64,000 bases of DNA from positions 64,001 through 128,000 of the forward strand of contig JAWXAQ010000027.1 of NCBI GenBank assembly GCA_034439575.1, read 5' to 3'. Position 1 is the stretch's first letter; each line of letters begins with the position of its first letter. The notes beneath the pieces were generated by a model that was given only the letters and a program-made list of their open reading frames with translations, made no database searches and had not been told where the DNA came from. This document shows, piece after piece, positions 28,266 to 38,655 of the stretch. Source of the DNA: Leptospira sp. (GTDB lineage Bacteria > Spirochaetota > Leptospiria > Leptospirales > Leptospiraceae). The position numbers and the translations under genes were made by a program.

Positions 28266-30310
28266 ATACCAAATTTCGATTCAGTTATAATACAATAGCA
28301 TTTTACATAGATAAATATTATTTATCTATGTTATTATTTATTTTTATTATAATAGCATTACCTGCAATAGGACTAGCAAGTCGTAATCATTCTGAAATTT
28401 GGTCTTTTGATATGGATGAAAATATCTTGATGCCGAATATCCAGAGGGCATTGAGTTTCGAATATCCTAAATTTACAGGACCCTATGGTAGTGTTCCTTA
28501 TTTTATCTGCGTTTTTATATTTTTACCAATTGCAATACTATTTAAAGTAAACAGCCTAACTTTTTCTTTCTCACAAGCAGCTTTAATGTTTCATGTCACA
28601 CAATTGTGTGTATCTTGTCTTTCGATAATTTATTTATATAAAATTGGTCAATTACTTAAGTCAAAATTGGTTTCCATTATTTCGAGTTTAGCTGTGGTCT
28701 TATGTTCAGCGAATTGGATTTGGACTCTCAATATTCATCCAGATATTTTTCAATCTAGCTTTCTTATCGTTTCGGTATATTATTGTATGCTTTTATTATC
28801 AAAAGAAGAGAGCATAATGAAGGTTTTAATATATTCTTCTTTTTTTCTGGGGTTATCTATTGGATCAAAATTTTGGGGTGTATTCTTAATTCCTGGAATT
28901 GTCTTCGCAATTTTATTTAAATTTAAATCGCGATTTATAAAGGGACTTAAGTTCTCATTTTATTTCATAGCTTTTTCGTTTATAATTTTCGCTCTTTTTA
29001 ATCTTCAATTCATCATTCAATTCGACGATGTTGTTTTATTTTTTGCACAAATGAAGAAATTGAAGATGAATGTAGGTTTTAATCCATTCTCAAATTATGA
29101 TTATAAAATTTCCAATTTTACTTCGCCTTTGTTTTTTGGTGAAATCTTAATTATATATTTTTTAATTTCCAGCGTCTATTTTGCAAAACAGTGGTTAAGA
29201 AAAAAAGATATTATATTATTACCCATATTTTTTTCATTCTACTTCTTTATGGTTTTCTATTTCGTTTTTTATAATGATCCGATTAATACTCATAATGGTG
29301 AAAGGTATATTATTGGTTTTATTTTATTAATGTTTCCTCCCGTATTTATTTGGTTAGATCGTCTATATAAAGAAAATTCTAAATATTCATTTTTTTCACT
29401 GATCCTAATTTCATTTTTTTGTATTATACATATCATAAGAATTTTAGGAATTAAAACAGAATATCTCAATATAGTTCAAAGGTATGAAGCATCATCCTTG
29501 TTTTCACATCTAAACCGATTTTATCAAAGGGAAAATACTGTAAATTTTTCAATTAGAAAATGGATTACTTCGAATGTGAAGAAAGGTGATATGATATATG
29601 TCGAATATTATCTTAATTTAACAGATAATCATAGCGATAATGCAGATTTGCCAGATGTTAATATTTTGATGGATAGTAAAATAGATATAAAAAGAATTCA
29701 ATCTGTTCAACCTGATTTCGCGATTAGCAAAGATGATTTTCTCGATTCTGATTTGATTTTATTGAAAAATTATACAAAGGAAATATATTCACCTCATGAA
29801 AATGACATACGTTACAATAAGTTATACATACTTAAGAAAAAGTATAATTTGGTAACAAATGTTTATTTTAATTTTTACGAAAGTTTCTCAATGTGTGAAA
29901 AAATTAATTTATATGAGATTGATGCACCATGGAAAAACTCACTATCCACTTTGAACCAAAACAATTTTATTTTTTCTCTACCAGAATCCACTTTGTCATG
30001 CAATTTCCAATACAATTCAAATAATAAATTATATTTAACAGGCAATGTTGGATATTGGCCTGGTGCTAAAAATTGGAATGTATCTGATGGTGTAAGGGCA
30101 AGAATTGATATATTTATTGATTCTAATAACAAAATTGAAGTTCTAAATGCCATACTTCTTCCGCAAGATAATCCTATAGATTTTTCTTTTCCACTTTCTA
30201 AATATAGAAATAAAAAGATTAAAATCAATCTTAGTATAACGAATGATATAGGAAAAAATTTAAACGGTGATTGGATTGTTTGGGAAGATCCGAAAATAGT
30301 AACAAAATGA
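28262..30310 (+). CDS. multi-TM GT-C-like (ArnT/PMT family) glycosyltransferase with C-terminal soluble domain
   Basis: DE motif after the first TM (FDMDE), HPD, GLSIGSKF, ERY; about 11-12 TM; C-terminal beta-rich domain (SDGV...W.VWEDP). Confidence 0.7.
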   Translation: MNTKFRFSYNTIAFYIDKYYLSMLLFIFIIIALPAIGLASRNHSEIWSFDMDENILMPNIQRALSFEYPKFTGPYGSVPYFICVFIFLPIAILFKVNSLTFSFSQAALMFHVTQLCVSCLSIIYLYKIGQLLKSKLVSIISSLAVVLCSANWIWTLNIHPDIFQSSFLIVSVYYCMLLLSKEESIMKVLIYSSFFLGLSIGSKFWGVFLIPGIVFAILFKFKSRFIKGLKFSFYFIAFSFIIFALFNLQFIIQFDDVVLFFAQMKKLKMNVGFNPFSNYDYKISNFTSPLFFGEILIIYFLISSVYFAKQWLRKKDIILLPIFFSFYFFMVFYFVFYNDPINTHNGERYIIGFILLMFPPVFIWLDRLYKENSKYSFFSLILISFFCIIHIIRILGIKTEYLNIVQRYEASSLFSHLNRFYQRENTVNFSIRKWITSNVKKGDMIYVEYYLNLTDNHSDNADLPDVNILMDSKIDIKRIQSVQPDFAISKDDFLDSDLILLKNYTKEIYSPHENDIRYNKLYILKKKYNLVTNVYFNFYESFSMCEKINLYEIDAPWKNSLSTLNQNNFIFSLPESTLSCNFQYNSNNKLYLTGNVGYWPGAKNWNVSDGVRARIDIFIDSNNKIEVLNAILLPQDNPIDFSFPLSKYRNKKIKINLSITNDIGKNLNGDWIVWEDPKIVTK

Positions 30311-30363
30311 CTGTTATCAAATAGAATCAAGATTCAATTAGTTTTTTAATCAGGGAAAATTTA

Positions 30364-31146
30364 ATGAAAGTAGTAATTTTAGCAGGTGGATTCGGAACAA
30401 GAATTAGTGAAGAATCTCATTTGAAACCAAAGCCTATGATAGAGATCGGTGGAAAACCAATGTTGTGGCATATAATGAAAATATATTCCCATTATGGTTT
30501 TAATGATTTTATAATTTGTTTAGGATACAAAGGTTATGTGATCAAAGAATATTTTGCAAACTATTATTTGCATGAATCAGATGTTAGTTTTAATTTTCGA
30601 GAAGGTAATCAAATAGAGATTCACGGAAATAAAGCTGAACCATGGAGTGTTACCTTAGTTGATACAGGAATCGATACAATGACTGGTAGTCGGGTTAAAA
30701 AGATTCAAAAATATGTTGGTGATGATGCTTTTATGCTTACCTATGGAGATGGAGTTGCTGATATTAATATAAAAAACCTTCTAGATTTTCATAGAAGTCA
30801 GAAGAAAATTGCAACCGTTACAGCAATACAACCTTCTGGAAGATGGGGATCGCTTGATATTGATTCAAATCATCAGGTGCATGGATTTAAAGAAAAGGTT
30901 AAAGGTGACGGAGGTTGGATAAATGGCGGTTTTTTTATATTAGAAAATTCATTTTTTAATTATCTGAAAGAGGGAGATGATTCTATCTTTTTAGAAAGAG
31001 AACCTCTTGAAAATCTTGCAAAAAATTCTGAACTGGTCGCCTATCAGCATGATGGTTTTTGGTTAGCAATGGATACTTTGCGCGACCGTAATCAGCTTGA
31101 ACAATTATGGAAAGACGGGCAAGCCCCTTGGAAATTATGGAAATAA
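30364..31146 (+). CDS. rfbF: glucose-1-phosphate cytidylyltransferase
   Basis: LAGGFGTRISEE..KPKPMIEIGG, VDTG..TMTG.R, LTYGDG, FW.AMDTLRD, APWK. Confidence 0.96.
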   Translation: MKVVILAGGFGTRISEESHLKPKPMIEIGGKPMLWHIMKIYSHYGFNDFIICLGYKGYVIKEYFANYYLHESDVSFNFREGNQIEIHGNKAEPWSVTLVDTGIDTMTGSRVKKIQKYVGDDAFMLTYGDGVADINIKNLLDFHRSQKKIATVTAIQPSGRWGSLDIDSNHQVHGFKEKVKGDGGWINGGFFILENSFFNYLKEGDDSIFLEREPLENLAKNSELVAYQHDGFWLAMDTLRDRNQLEQLWKDGQAPWKLWK

Positions 31147-32246
31147 GCAATAATTTTTGGAAAAATAAAAATGTCTTTCTAACTGGGCATACAGGTTTCA
31201 AAGGTTCTTGGATTAGTATTTGGTTAAGTTCCTTAGGTGCAAAAGTACACGGATACTCGCTTTCACCTCCAACAAGTGAAAATTTATTCACATTAGCATC
31301 GCTTGAGAATATTATATCAACTTCAACCATCGGCGATATACGCAATTTTGAGAAACTAGAACAAGCTTTTTTAATAAGCAAAGCCGATATGGTTTTGCAT
31401 ATGGCAGCTCAGCCATTAGTGAGGGAATCATATATTTCTCCCCTCGAAACCATACAAACGAACGTAATGGGTACTGCAAATTTGTTAGAAGTTTTGCGTA
31501 AAAATGAAAATTCTGTTCGTGCATTTCTGAATATAACGACTGATAAAGTATATGAGAATCGAGAATGGCTTTGGGGATATAGAGAAAATGAAGCCTTGGG
31601 TGGGTACGACCCATATTCAAGTAGTAAAGCCTGTTCCGAATTGCTTACTTCTGCATATAGAAGTTCATTTTTTAATCCGACTTTGATATCGGAACACAAT
31701 ATGGCTATTGCTTCCGCTCGTGCAGGAAATGTCATTGGTGGTGGTGATTTCGCTGTTGATAGACTTATCCCTGATTTAATTCGATCTATTTTAAATAAAG
31801 AAAAGGTTCGTATTAGAAATCCCAATTCTGTGAGGCCTTGGCAACATGTTATCGAACCTATCGCAGGATATTTAATGTTATTACAGAAGTTATATGAAGA
31901 TGGAGCATCTTTTGTTGGTAGTTGGAATTTCGGACCAAAGACTAAGGATATGATCCCTGTAATTGAAATCGTAAATAAATTTAAAGAAATATATTGGAGA
32001 AGGTACCAATTTGCAGTGGAATATGAAATAGCCAATCAAATTGGACCTCATGAAGCAAATTTTTTGAGATTAGATATTACAAAATCCTCAACTTATTTGT
32101 CTTGGGAACCTAAATGGTCGATTAATACAGCATTTGAAAAAATAATTGATTGGATGGAAGCACATTTAGAAAAAAAGAATATTCTGAATATCTGTTTAAG
32201 ACAAATAGAAGAGTATATGCAATTGGAAACCGAGGCTAAAAATTGA
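31137..32246 (+). CDS. rfbG: CDP-glucose 4,6-dehydratase
   Basis: FWKNKNVFLTGHTGFKGSW, HMAAQPLVR.SY, GGYDPYSSSK, RAGNVIGGGD, RPWQHV.EP. Confidence 0.96.
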   Translation: MEISNNFWKNKNVFLTGHTGFKGSWISIWLSSLGAKVHGYSLSPPTSENLFTLASLENIISTSTIGDIRNFEKLEQAFLISKADMVLHMAAQPLVRESYISPLETIQTNVMGTANLLEVLRKNENSVRAFLNITTDKVYENREWLWGYRENEALGGYDPYSSSKACSELLTSAYRSSFFNPTLISEHNMAIASARAGNVIGGGDFAVDRLIPDLIRSILNKEKVRIRNPNSVRPWQHVIEPIAGYLMLLQKLYEDGASFVGSWNFGPKTKDMIPVIEIVNKFKEIYWRRYQFAVEYEIANQIGPHEANFLRLDITKSSTYLSWEPKWSINTAFEKIIDWMEAHLEKKNILNICLRQIEEYMQLETEAKN

Positions 32247-32282
32247 AAAAATTTAAAATTGCGAAATTAGGGAAATAAATTT

Positions 32283-33914
32283 ATGATAGGAGAAATTTAT
32301 AAAGTTGATATATTAAAATATCAAGATGTAGATAAAAATCCTTCCGGATTGTATTTATGTATTGGAGAAAAAGATAATGAAGGGATAATACAATTTCTGA
32401 GTCTCAGGGTCATTTCAGAACCTGTATCGAGTAACCTGATTGAAATTAATTCAGAAGATCTTATAAAATGCACATTAGATCAAAGATACTCTATTGACCT
32501 AGGAAATACTTTTTCTTTCAATCTAAACGAAAATTCTGAATCAATTGGAGCAGTTAGTAAAGAATTTATTGCCAAGGTATTTAAAGGTTTAGTATTAAAA
32601 TATACTAAAGCCTATTATGATTTTGAACATAAACCAAAACAACAAACAGTATTTTCAAAAGAAAAGAGTAAAATATCTTATGCAGGAAGAGTTTTTGACA
32701 GTGCAGAATTGATTAATTTAGTAGATTCTTCTCTGGAATTTTGGTTAACAACAGGAAAATACGCTGAACAATTTGAGAGAGGTTTTTCGAAATTTTTAAA
32801 TGTTCGTCACACTTTACTGGTCAATTCTGGATCTTCAGCTAACCTTGTGGCATTTAATTCGTTAACATCTCCTTCTTTAGGCGAAAGGCAGATAAAGAAA
32901 GGAGACGAGGTGATTTGTGTTGCCGCTGGATTTCCTACAAGCATAAATCCTATTCTCCAGTATGGTGCAGTTCCAGTGTTTGTGGATATTTCTCTACCCA
33001 CCTATAATATAGATGTCAAATATTTAGAAGAATCAATTAGTAATAAAACTAAAGCAGTTATGCTTGCCCATACTTTGGGTAATCCTTTCGATTTGCAAAC
33101 AATCAAAAATTTTTGTAAAAAATATAATTTATGGTTAGTCGAAGATAACTGTGATGCCCTCGGAAGTCTTTACAATATAAATGATGAGTGGCATTACACT
33201 GGGACAATTGGAGATATAGGTACTTCAAGTTTTTATCCTCCGCATCACATGACAATGGGTGAAGGTGGAGCCGTATACATGAATTCGAATAAATTAAAAC
33301 GTATCGCAGAATCCATTCGAGATTGGGGAAGGGACTGCTGGTGTCCTTCGGGAAAAGACAATACGTGTGGAAAAAGGTTTGAATGGGAGTTAGGCGAATT
33401 GCCACTGGGATATGATCATAAATACATTTATTCTCATCTGGGTTATAATTTAAAAGTAACGGATTTACAAGCAGCTATTGGCGTAGCACAATTAAATAAA
33501 CTGCCTAATTTTGTAAATTCTAGAATTCAAAATTGGCAATTATTGAGAGACGGATTAAATGAACTTGAGGAATTTTTTATTTTACCGGAACCAACTTTAA
33601 ATTCTAAACCTAGTTGGTTCGGATTCCTTTTAACGATTAGAGATTCTTCACCATTTTCACGGGCAGAAATAGTAAATTTTCTAGAAGAAAAACGAATTCA
33701 AACAAGAATGCTCTTTGCAGGAAATTATTTGCGCCATCCAGTTTTCAACAATTTAAGAAATTTAGTAGATTATAAAATTGTAAATAATTTGAAAGTTACA
33801 GACATGGTTATGACAAATACTTTTTGGTTAGGTGTATATCCAGGTTTGAATGCAGAGATGATTCATTACATGATTGATTCAATCAAATCGTTTGTTAAAA
33901 AAAGAGTGAAATGA
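32283..33914 (+). CDS. rfbH: CDP-4-keto-6-deoxyglucose 3-dehydratase (E1, DdhC/RfbH) with about 105-aa N-terminal extra domain
   Basis: NSGSSANL, AHTLGNPF, EDNCDALG, SFYPPHHMTMGEGG (His in place of the PLP Lys), RDCWC...NTC Fe-S cysteines, GYDHKY. Confidence 0.95.
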   Translation: MIGEIYKVDILKYQDVDKNPSGLYLCIGEKDNEGIIQFLSLRVISEPVSSNLIEINSEDLIKCTLDQRYSIDLGNTFSFNLNENSESIGAVSKEFIAKVFKGLVLKYTKAYYDFEHKPKQQTVFSKEKSKISYAGRVFDSAELINLVDSSLEFWLTTGKYAEQFERGFSKFLNVRHTLLVNSGSSANLVAFNSLTSPSLGERQIKKGDEVICVAAGFPTSINPILQYGAVPVFVDISLPTYNIDVKYLEESISNKTKAVMLAHTLGNPFDLQTIKNFCKKYNLWLVEDNCDALGSLYNINDEWHYTGTIGDIGTSSFYPPHHMTMGEGGAVYMNSNKLKRIAESIRDWGRDCWCPSGKDNTCGKRFEWELGELPLGYDHKYIYSHLGYNLKVTDLQAAIGVAQLNKLPNFVNSRIQNWQLLRDGLNELEEFFILPEPTLNSKPSWFGFLLTIRDSSPFSRAEIVNFLEEKRIQTRMLFAGNYLRHPVFNNLRNLVDYKIVNNLKVTDMVMTNTFWLGVYPGLNAEMIHYMIDSIKSFVKKRVK

Positions 33915-34774
33915 ACTTATTAATTTCAGGGATTTCTGGTTTTATTGGTAAAAGTTTATACAATTCATTAAGTCAAAACAAAGACTTTAAAATAATAATT
34001 ATTAGCCGAAAAAGTTCAGATTTAAGATTCATTAAAAATAGCGAAATTATATTTTGGGATGATCCTTTAATAGAAGAGAAAATAATTTCTTTAAAAGTGG
34101 ATGTTATTATTAATTTGATTACTAATTACGGAATTAATAATGATACAGAGGAAATAATTCATACAAATCTTCTCTTACCGCTAAAACTTTTAAAGTATGC
34201 AATAAAAGCTAAAATTTCTTACTTTTTGAATATTGGTACACCATTACATCAGTTTGTTTCAGAGTATGCTTTGTCTAAAAACCAATTTGCCGATTGGTTG
34301 AAGTATTATAGTAATCATATCAAAGTTGTGAATGTCCTACCAGAATATATATATGGTCCTGGTGATAAAAATGGAAAACTTTTTTCTAGTTTACTGAAAA
34401 GTTTTTCTGAAAATGTAGAATCTTTTTCTTTGTCACAAGGGGATCAGAAAAGAGATTTTATTTTTGTCGAAGATTTAATTTCAGCACTAAATGTTATTTT
34501 GCTGTCTTTGAGTCAATTTAAAACCAATTATATTGAGATACCTGTGGGTACTGGGATTACGGTATCAATTCGAGAATTTGCAGAAAAATTGAGGTCAATC
34601 TCTTGTGCCAAAACAATATTGAAATTTGGCGACGTAGTGAAGCGAATAAATGAAATGAGTGAACAAAAAGCTGATATTAGTATTATTTCCACATTAGGTT
34701 GGAAACCAAAATTTGATTTAGAAAATGGATTAATTGAAACATGGAAATTAAAAAAGCAGGAAGAACATGAGTGA
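33911..34774 (+). CDS. CDP-3,6-dideoxyhexose 4-reductase-like (RfbJ/RfbS abequose/paratose synthase family)
   Basis: GISGFIG, TNYG, N...PLKLL, YALSK, YGPGD, GDQKRDFIFVED; directly follows rfbFGH. Confidence 0.8.
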   Translation: MNLLISGISGFIGKSLYNSLSQNKDFKIIIISRKSSDLRFIKNSEIIFWDDPLIEEKIISLKVDVIINLITNYGINNDTEEIIHTNLLLPLKLLKYAIKAKISYFLNIGTPLHQFVSEYALSKNQFADWLKYYSNHIKVVNVLPEYIYGPGDKNGKLFSSLLKSFSENVESFSLSQGDQKRDFIFVEDLISALNVILLSLSQFKTNYIEIPVGTGITVSIREFAEKLRSISCAKTILKFGDVVKRINEMSEQKADISIISTLGWKPKFDLENGLIETWKLKKQEEHE

Positions 34775-35459
34775 CATTGAAATTTCTGTCGTAATACCAG
34801 CTTACTTTGAAGCAAATAATCTGGAACTAGTGTTACCTAGATTAACTAATACCTTAAAAGAAATGAAAATTCCTTACGAGGTTATAATTGTTGATTCGAT
34901 GATACCGCTTGATGAGACTGAAAATATTTGCAAGAAGAATAACGTTCATTATGTGAACCGAAAAAATGGTAATGAATACGGATTTGCATTTATTACAGGA
35001 ATTCAAATAGCAAAAGGCAAATCTATTGTCATAATGGATGCAGACGGATCTCATGATCCAGAAAAAATCAAAGAACTTTATCAATTTCGAAATGAATATC
35101 AAATAGTGATCGCATCTAGATATTTAGAAAAGAGTTCTACGGAAGTATCATTTTATCTTACTGGGATGAGCTTAATATTAAATTATATTTATAAATTTGT
35201 ATTAGGAATTGATGCGAATGATATTTCCAATAGTTATAGGTTATATAATGGAGAAATGCTTCGAGGTGTGACTTTAACTTCGAGAAATTTTGATATTTTG
35301 CAAGAGGTCTTGTATAAATTCATACGAAAATATAATGCAAAAATTAAAGAAATACCATTGCAATTTCATAAAAGAAAAAGTGGGAAAAGTAAAAGGAATT
35401 ATTTAGTATTTATTCCTAACTACATCAAAACATTAATTAAGCTTCGATTCTTTAATTAA
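34767..35459 (+). CDS. GT2 glycosyltransferase, DPM-synthase/polyprenol-phosphate type
   Basis: VVIPAY.E, MDADGSHDP, IASRY, D...YRLY, R.SGKSK. Confidence 0.87.
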   Translation: MSDIEISVVIPAYFEANNLELVLPRLTNTLKEMKIPYEVIIVDSMIPLDETENICKKNNVHYVNRKNGNEYGFAFITGIQIAKGKSIVIMDADGSHDPEKIKELYQFRNEYQIVIASRYLEKSSTEVSFYLTGMSLILNYIYKFVLGIDANDISNSYRLYNGEMLRGVTLTSRNFDILQEVLYKFIRKYNAKIKEIPLQFHKRKSGKSKRNYLVFIPNYIKTLIKLRFFN

Positions 35460-35462
35460 ATA

Positions 35463-37064
35463 ATGTTTCTCTACACAAATATTATTAAAAGAGTAAATTT
35501 AACTTTTAGAAAATATAAAGGGATTCCTTTTGCAATTTTTGCGATACTTGGATTTATTCTAATGTTCATTGCAAAAAAAAATCACTTTTTGTTCGAGTTA
35601 GGTGATTCATCCTTTTTAAGTGAGTTGTTGCATAATATTGCGGTAGATGGAAATCGAAATAGTTCAGTTTGGGATTCAGTTAAACAATATGCCTTTAATG
35701 ATATGGGATACTTAACGCAAGATCCATATACTTTATGTAAAGCAAACTTAGATCAAGTATTATTTAATCATGATTATTTCAAAGTTCATGCTTACTTTTA
35801 TTTATATTTGTTAGCTCCATTCGTTTTTATATTTCCTTCCGAGAATATTTTAATTTTTCTTCAAGCATTTTCTTTTTGGGGATTACTTGTAGGTGTATTT
35901 TATGTTAGTCGAAAAGAAAACGCAGGTTATTTAGTTTCTATAGTAATGTGTATCATTACTATATTTCATCCCGCTTATTCAATTGGATTCATGGGACAAA
36001 TATATACTGACAAATTCTTTCTAATTTTCGGAATTATTTTTGCTTATATTATTTATAAACAGAGAGTGAATAGTTTTATTCTTTTTCTAATGTGCGCTTT
36101 CATATGTTTGTTACATGAACGAATGGGAACTATATTGGCTATGTATGCTTTCCCATTTATGATTCTGAATCATGGTAAAAAAATTAAATTTTTATACGTT
36201 TTTATATTACTTTTGGGTTTGTGTTACAGTTTTTATACAATGGCATATTTCGTAGAAGTTGATACTGGTAAAAGTGGGTTTATTCCCAGTTCCTTTGAAA
36301 AACTTAATGATCGTTTCCAAAATGCAAATTTTCGAGAGGAATCTTTTGTTTTTTTAAGGACCAACTCTTTGTTTTTATTTTTAGCGATCTTTAATTTTCC
36401 ATCCTTCGTAGCTACCGTGTTGACGATGCTTCCCAATTTAATTGGATCCATTGGTGGTGCAGAGAAGACTGGATGGGCAACACATTATCACATGTATTAT
36501 TTACCATTTTTGGTATTTTCTGCATTTCTTGGTTTAAGTAGAATTTTAAAATTCATTAAGTTAAAATTTGATAACCAATACCTAAAAATTTTAATTCTAA
36601 CAATTCTTACATTAATTGCATATCCTGTTCAGTTTTCAAATTTTAACCAAAAAGAAGTTCAATTCAATTTCAATAATGTAAGAGATTTGTTGCCATTTAA
36701 ATTATATGAATGGTCTTTTTTTAAAAATGATTGGTACTTTCAAAGGTATTCTGATTTGCTCGTACTCCAATCAATTCCCAAAGGTTCGATCGTATCTACT
36801 CCTGAAGATTTTTTCCCTCCATTCATTAAAAATTATAAAATTAGATACTATCCTTTAGGATTAGGAGAGGCAGATTATTTAATTTTAACGAAAGATATTT
36901 CAAAAAATGGGAAATCTTATTATGTTGGGGCTAGAAGTTTTAGAGATCCTGAAGAGATAATCAATTTAAATTTATGTTTGAATGAAAAGATTGAAAGAAG
37001 TGGTTATAAAATAGCAAATGATTTTAACATGCTTACTGGAATCGTTGTTCTGAAGAAAAATTAA
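35463..37064 (+). CDS. multi-TM membrane protein, DUF2079/GT-C-like
   Basis: GDSSFLSEL, H.YFYLYLLAP, multiple TM, IGGAEKTGWATHYH; paralog of 38656-40290. Confidence 0.65.
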   Translation: MFLYTNIIKRVNLTFRKYKGIPFAIFAILGFILMFIAKKNHFLFELGDSSFLSELLHNIAVDGNRNSSVWDSVKQYAFNDMGYLTQDPYTLCKANLDQVLFNHDYFKVHAYFYLYLLAPFVFIFPSENILIFLQAFSFWGLLVGVFYVSRKENAGYLVSIVMCIITIFHPAYSIGFMGQIYTDKFFLIFGIIFAYIIYKQRVNSFILFLMCAFICLLHERMGTILAMYAFPFMILNHGKKIKFLYVFILLLGLCYSFYTMAYFVEVDTGKSGFIPSSFEKLNDRFQNANFREESFVFLRTNSLFLFLAIFNFPSFVATVLTMLPNLIGSIGGAEKTGWATHYHMYYLPFLVFSAFLGLSRILKFIKLKFDNQYLKILILTILTLIAYPVQFSNFNQKEVQFNFNNVRDLLPFKLYEWSFFKNDWYFQRYSDLLVLQSIPKGSIVSTPEDFFPPFIKNYKIRYYPLGLGEADYLILTKDISKNGKSYYVGARSFRDPEEIINLNLCLNEKIERSGYKIANDFNMLTGIVVLKKN

Positions 37065-37178
37065 AATTTCTACCACAATGCATGAAGATTTGTCTATTGG
37101 TCTTATCCAAGGCAAAGTCGTAATAAATTCTATATACTATTTGAGATACCTTTCGAAATTAACCTATATACAATCAAT

Positions 37179-38651
37179 ATGACTAACTTTTTCACCCACC
37201 CTCAAGGCCTTTGCGAATCTAAGAATATTGGTAAAGATACAAAAATTTGGGCATTTGCTCACATACTTCCCAGTGCAATTATTGGAGAAGAATGTAATAT
37301 ATGTGACCATGTGTTTATAGAAAATGATGTTTCAATTGGAAACCGTGTAACAGTAAAATGTGGTGTTCAAATATGGGATGGGATTTCGATCGAAGATGAA
37401 GTTTTTATTGGTCCCAATGTAACATTTACAAATGATATGTTTCCAAGAAGCAAAGTTTATCCAGAGACATACCTTAAAACAAAAATCAAAAAGGGCGCAT
37501 CTATAGGGGCTAATGCAACTATTTTACCTGGTGTTACAATCGGTGAAGGAGCAATGATCGCAGCGGGATCGGTTGTTACCAAAGATGTTCCTTCTTTTTC
37601 TTTAGTTCGGGGAAATCCTGCCCGAGTCACAGGCACAGTAAATGCGCATGAGGTAATTCAGAATATGAGTAATTCGGATTTTAATAAAGAAAGAAAAGAT
37701 ATAGAAGTTTCTGTAGTCGTACCCGTTTATTACAATGGTCCTTCATTACCAATTCTTTATGATAGAATTGCGAAAGCATTTGAATCTGCTAATGTTTCAA
37801 ATTGGGACATCACCTTTGTCGATGATGATTCAAAAGATGATTCTCGTGTCATACTTGCCAACTTAGTACAACAAAAAACAAATGTTCGCTTTGTTTCCTT
37901 GTCTAGGAATTTTGGAAGTTTCGATGCGATAACAGCAGGGATAGGGTTTACTAACGGGCGTTGCGTGGCGGTTATATCGGCAGATTTGCAAGACCCACCA
38001 GAATTATTTCCAGCCATGTTAAAAGATTGGCGATCTGGAATTAAAATTGTTATGGCCGCTCGTGAATCAAGGGAAGATCCATGGACTTCACGTATTTTTT
38101 CTTTTCTTTTTTATCGGACTTTTCGTTTATTCGTTTCGAAAGAAATGCCGCCAGGTGGGTTTGACTTTTTTATTTTAGATCGCCAAGTTGCTGACTTACT
38201 AGTAAATCATGCAGAAAAAAATACAATGATGCCTGCAGCCTTACTTCACTTTGGTTTTGAAAAACGTTTACATTTTTATCATAGAGCAGCCCGAATTCAC
38301 GGATCATCAAAGTGGACGTTTTGGCGTAAATTCAAATTGATGTATGATGCGATTCTATCAAATTCTTTTGTTCCATTGCGTGTGATGACAGGCATTGGCG
38401 CACTTGGAGCTTTAGGTGCAATTGGTTATTCTGGAATCATTATCATTCAAAAATTTTTAAATCCAGATATTCCACAAGGTTGGACTGCATTGATGTTAGT
38501 TATTTTGTTTTTTAATAGCCTATTGTTAATATCATTAGGAATTGTCGGAGAATATGTTTGGCGAACTTTTGATGCGGCCAGAAAACGACCCCAGTTTGTG
38601 ATTGATAATGTAATAGCATCAACAGGACTTTCTACTGATAGGAAAGTGTAA
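37179..38651 (+). CDS. fusion: WxcM/FdtC-like hexapeptide N-acyltransferase + GtrB/ArnC-like GT2 with two C-terminal TM helices
   Basis: aa 1-155: [33 protein letters not shown]. aa ~172-490: [40 protein letters not shown]. Single uninterrupted frame. Confidence 0.9.
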   Translation: MTNFFTHPQGLCESKNIGKDTKIWAFAHILPSAIIGEECNICDHVFIENDVSIGNRVTVKCGVQIWDGISIEDEVFIGPNVTFTNDMFPRSKVYPETYLKTKIKKGASIGANATILPGVTIGEGAMIAAGSVVTKDVPSFSLVRGNPARVTGTVNAHEVIQNMSNSDFNKERKDIEVSVVVPVYYNGPSLPILYDRIAKAFESANVSNWDITFVDDDSKDDSRVILANLVQQKTNVRFVSLSRNFGSFDAITAGIGFTNGRCVAVISADLQDPPELFPAMLKDWRSGIKIVMAARESREDPWTSRIFSFLFYRTFRLFVSKEMPPGGFDFFILDRQVADLLVNHAEKNTMMPAALLHFGFEKRLHFYHRAARIHGSSKWTFWRKFKLMYDAILSNSFVPLRVMTGIGALGALGAIGYSGIIIIQKFLNPDIPQGWTALMLVILFFNSLLLISLGIVGEYVWRTFDAARKRPQFVIDNVIASTGLSTDRKV

Positions 38652-38655
38652 ACAA

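Noticed and set aside
37065-37178. Possible fdtA remnant (fragments reading 'CLLVLS' and 'EIPFEI') upstream of the acyltransferase-GT2 fusion
   Set aside because: The fragments are very short, in different frames and in the wrong order relative to FdtA. They are compatible with chance in AT-rich DNA and would need a tBLASTn hit to revive.
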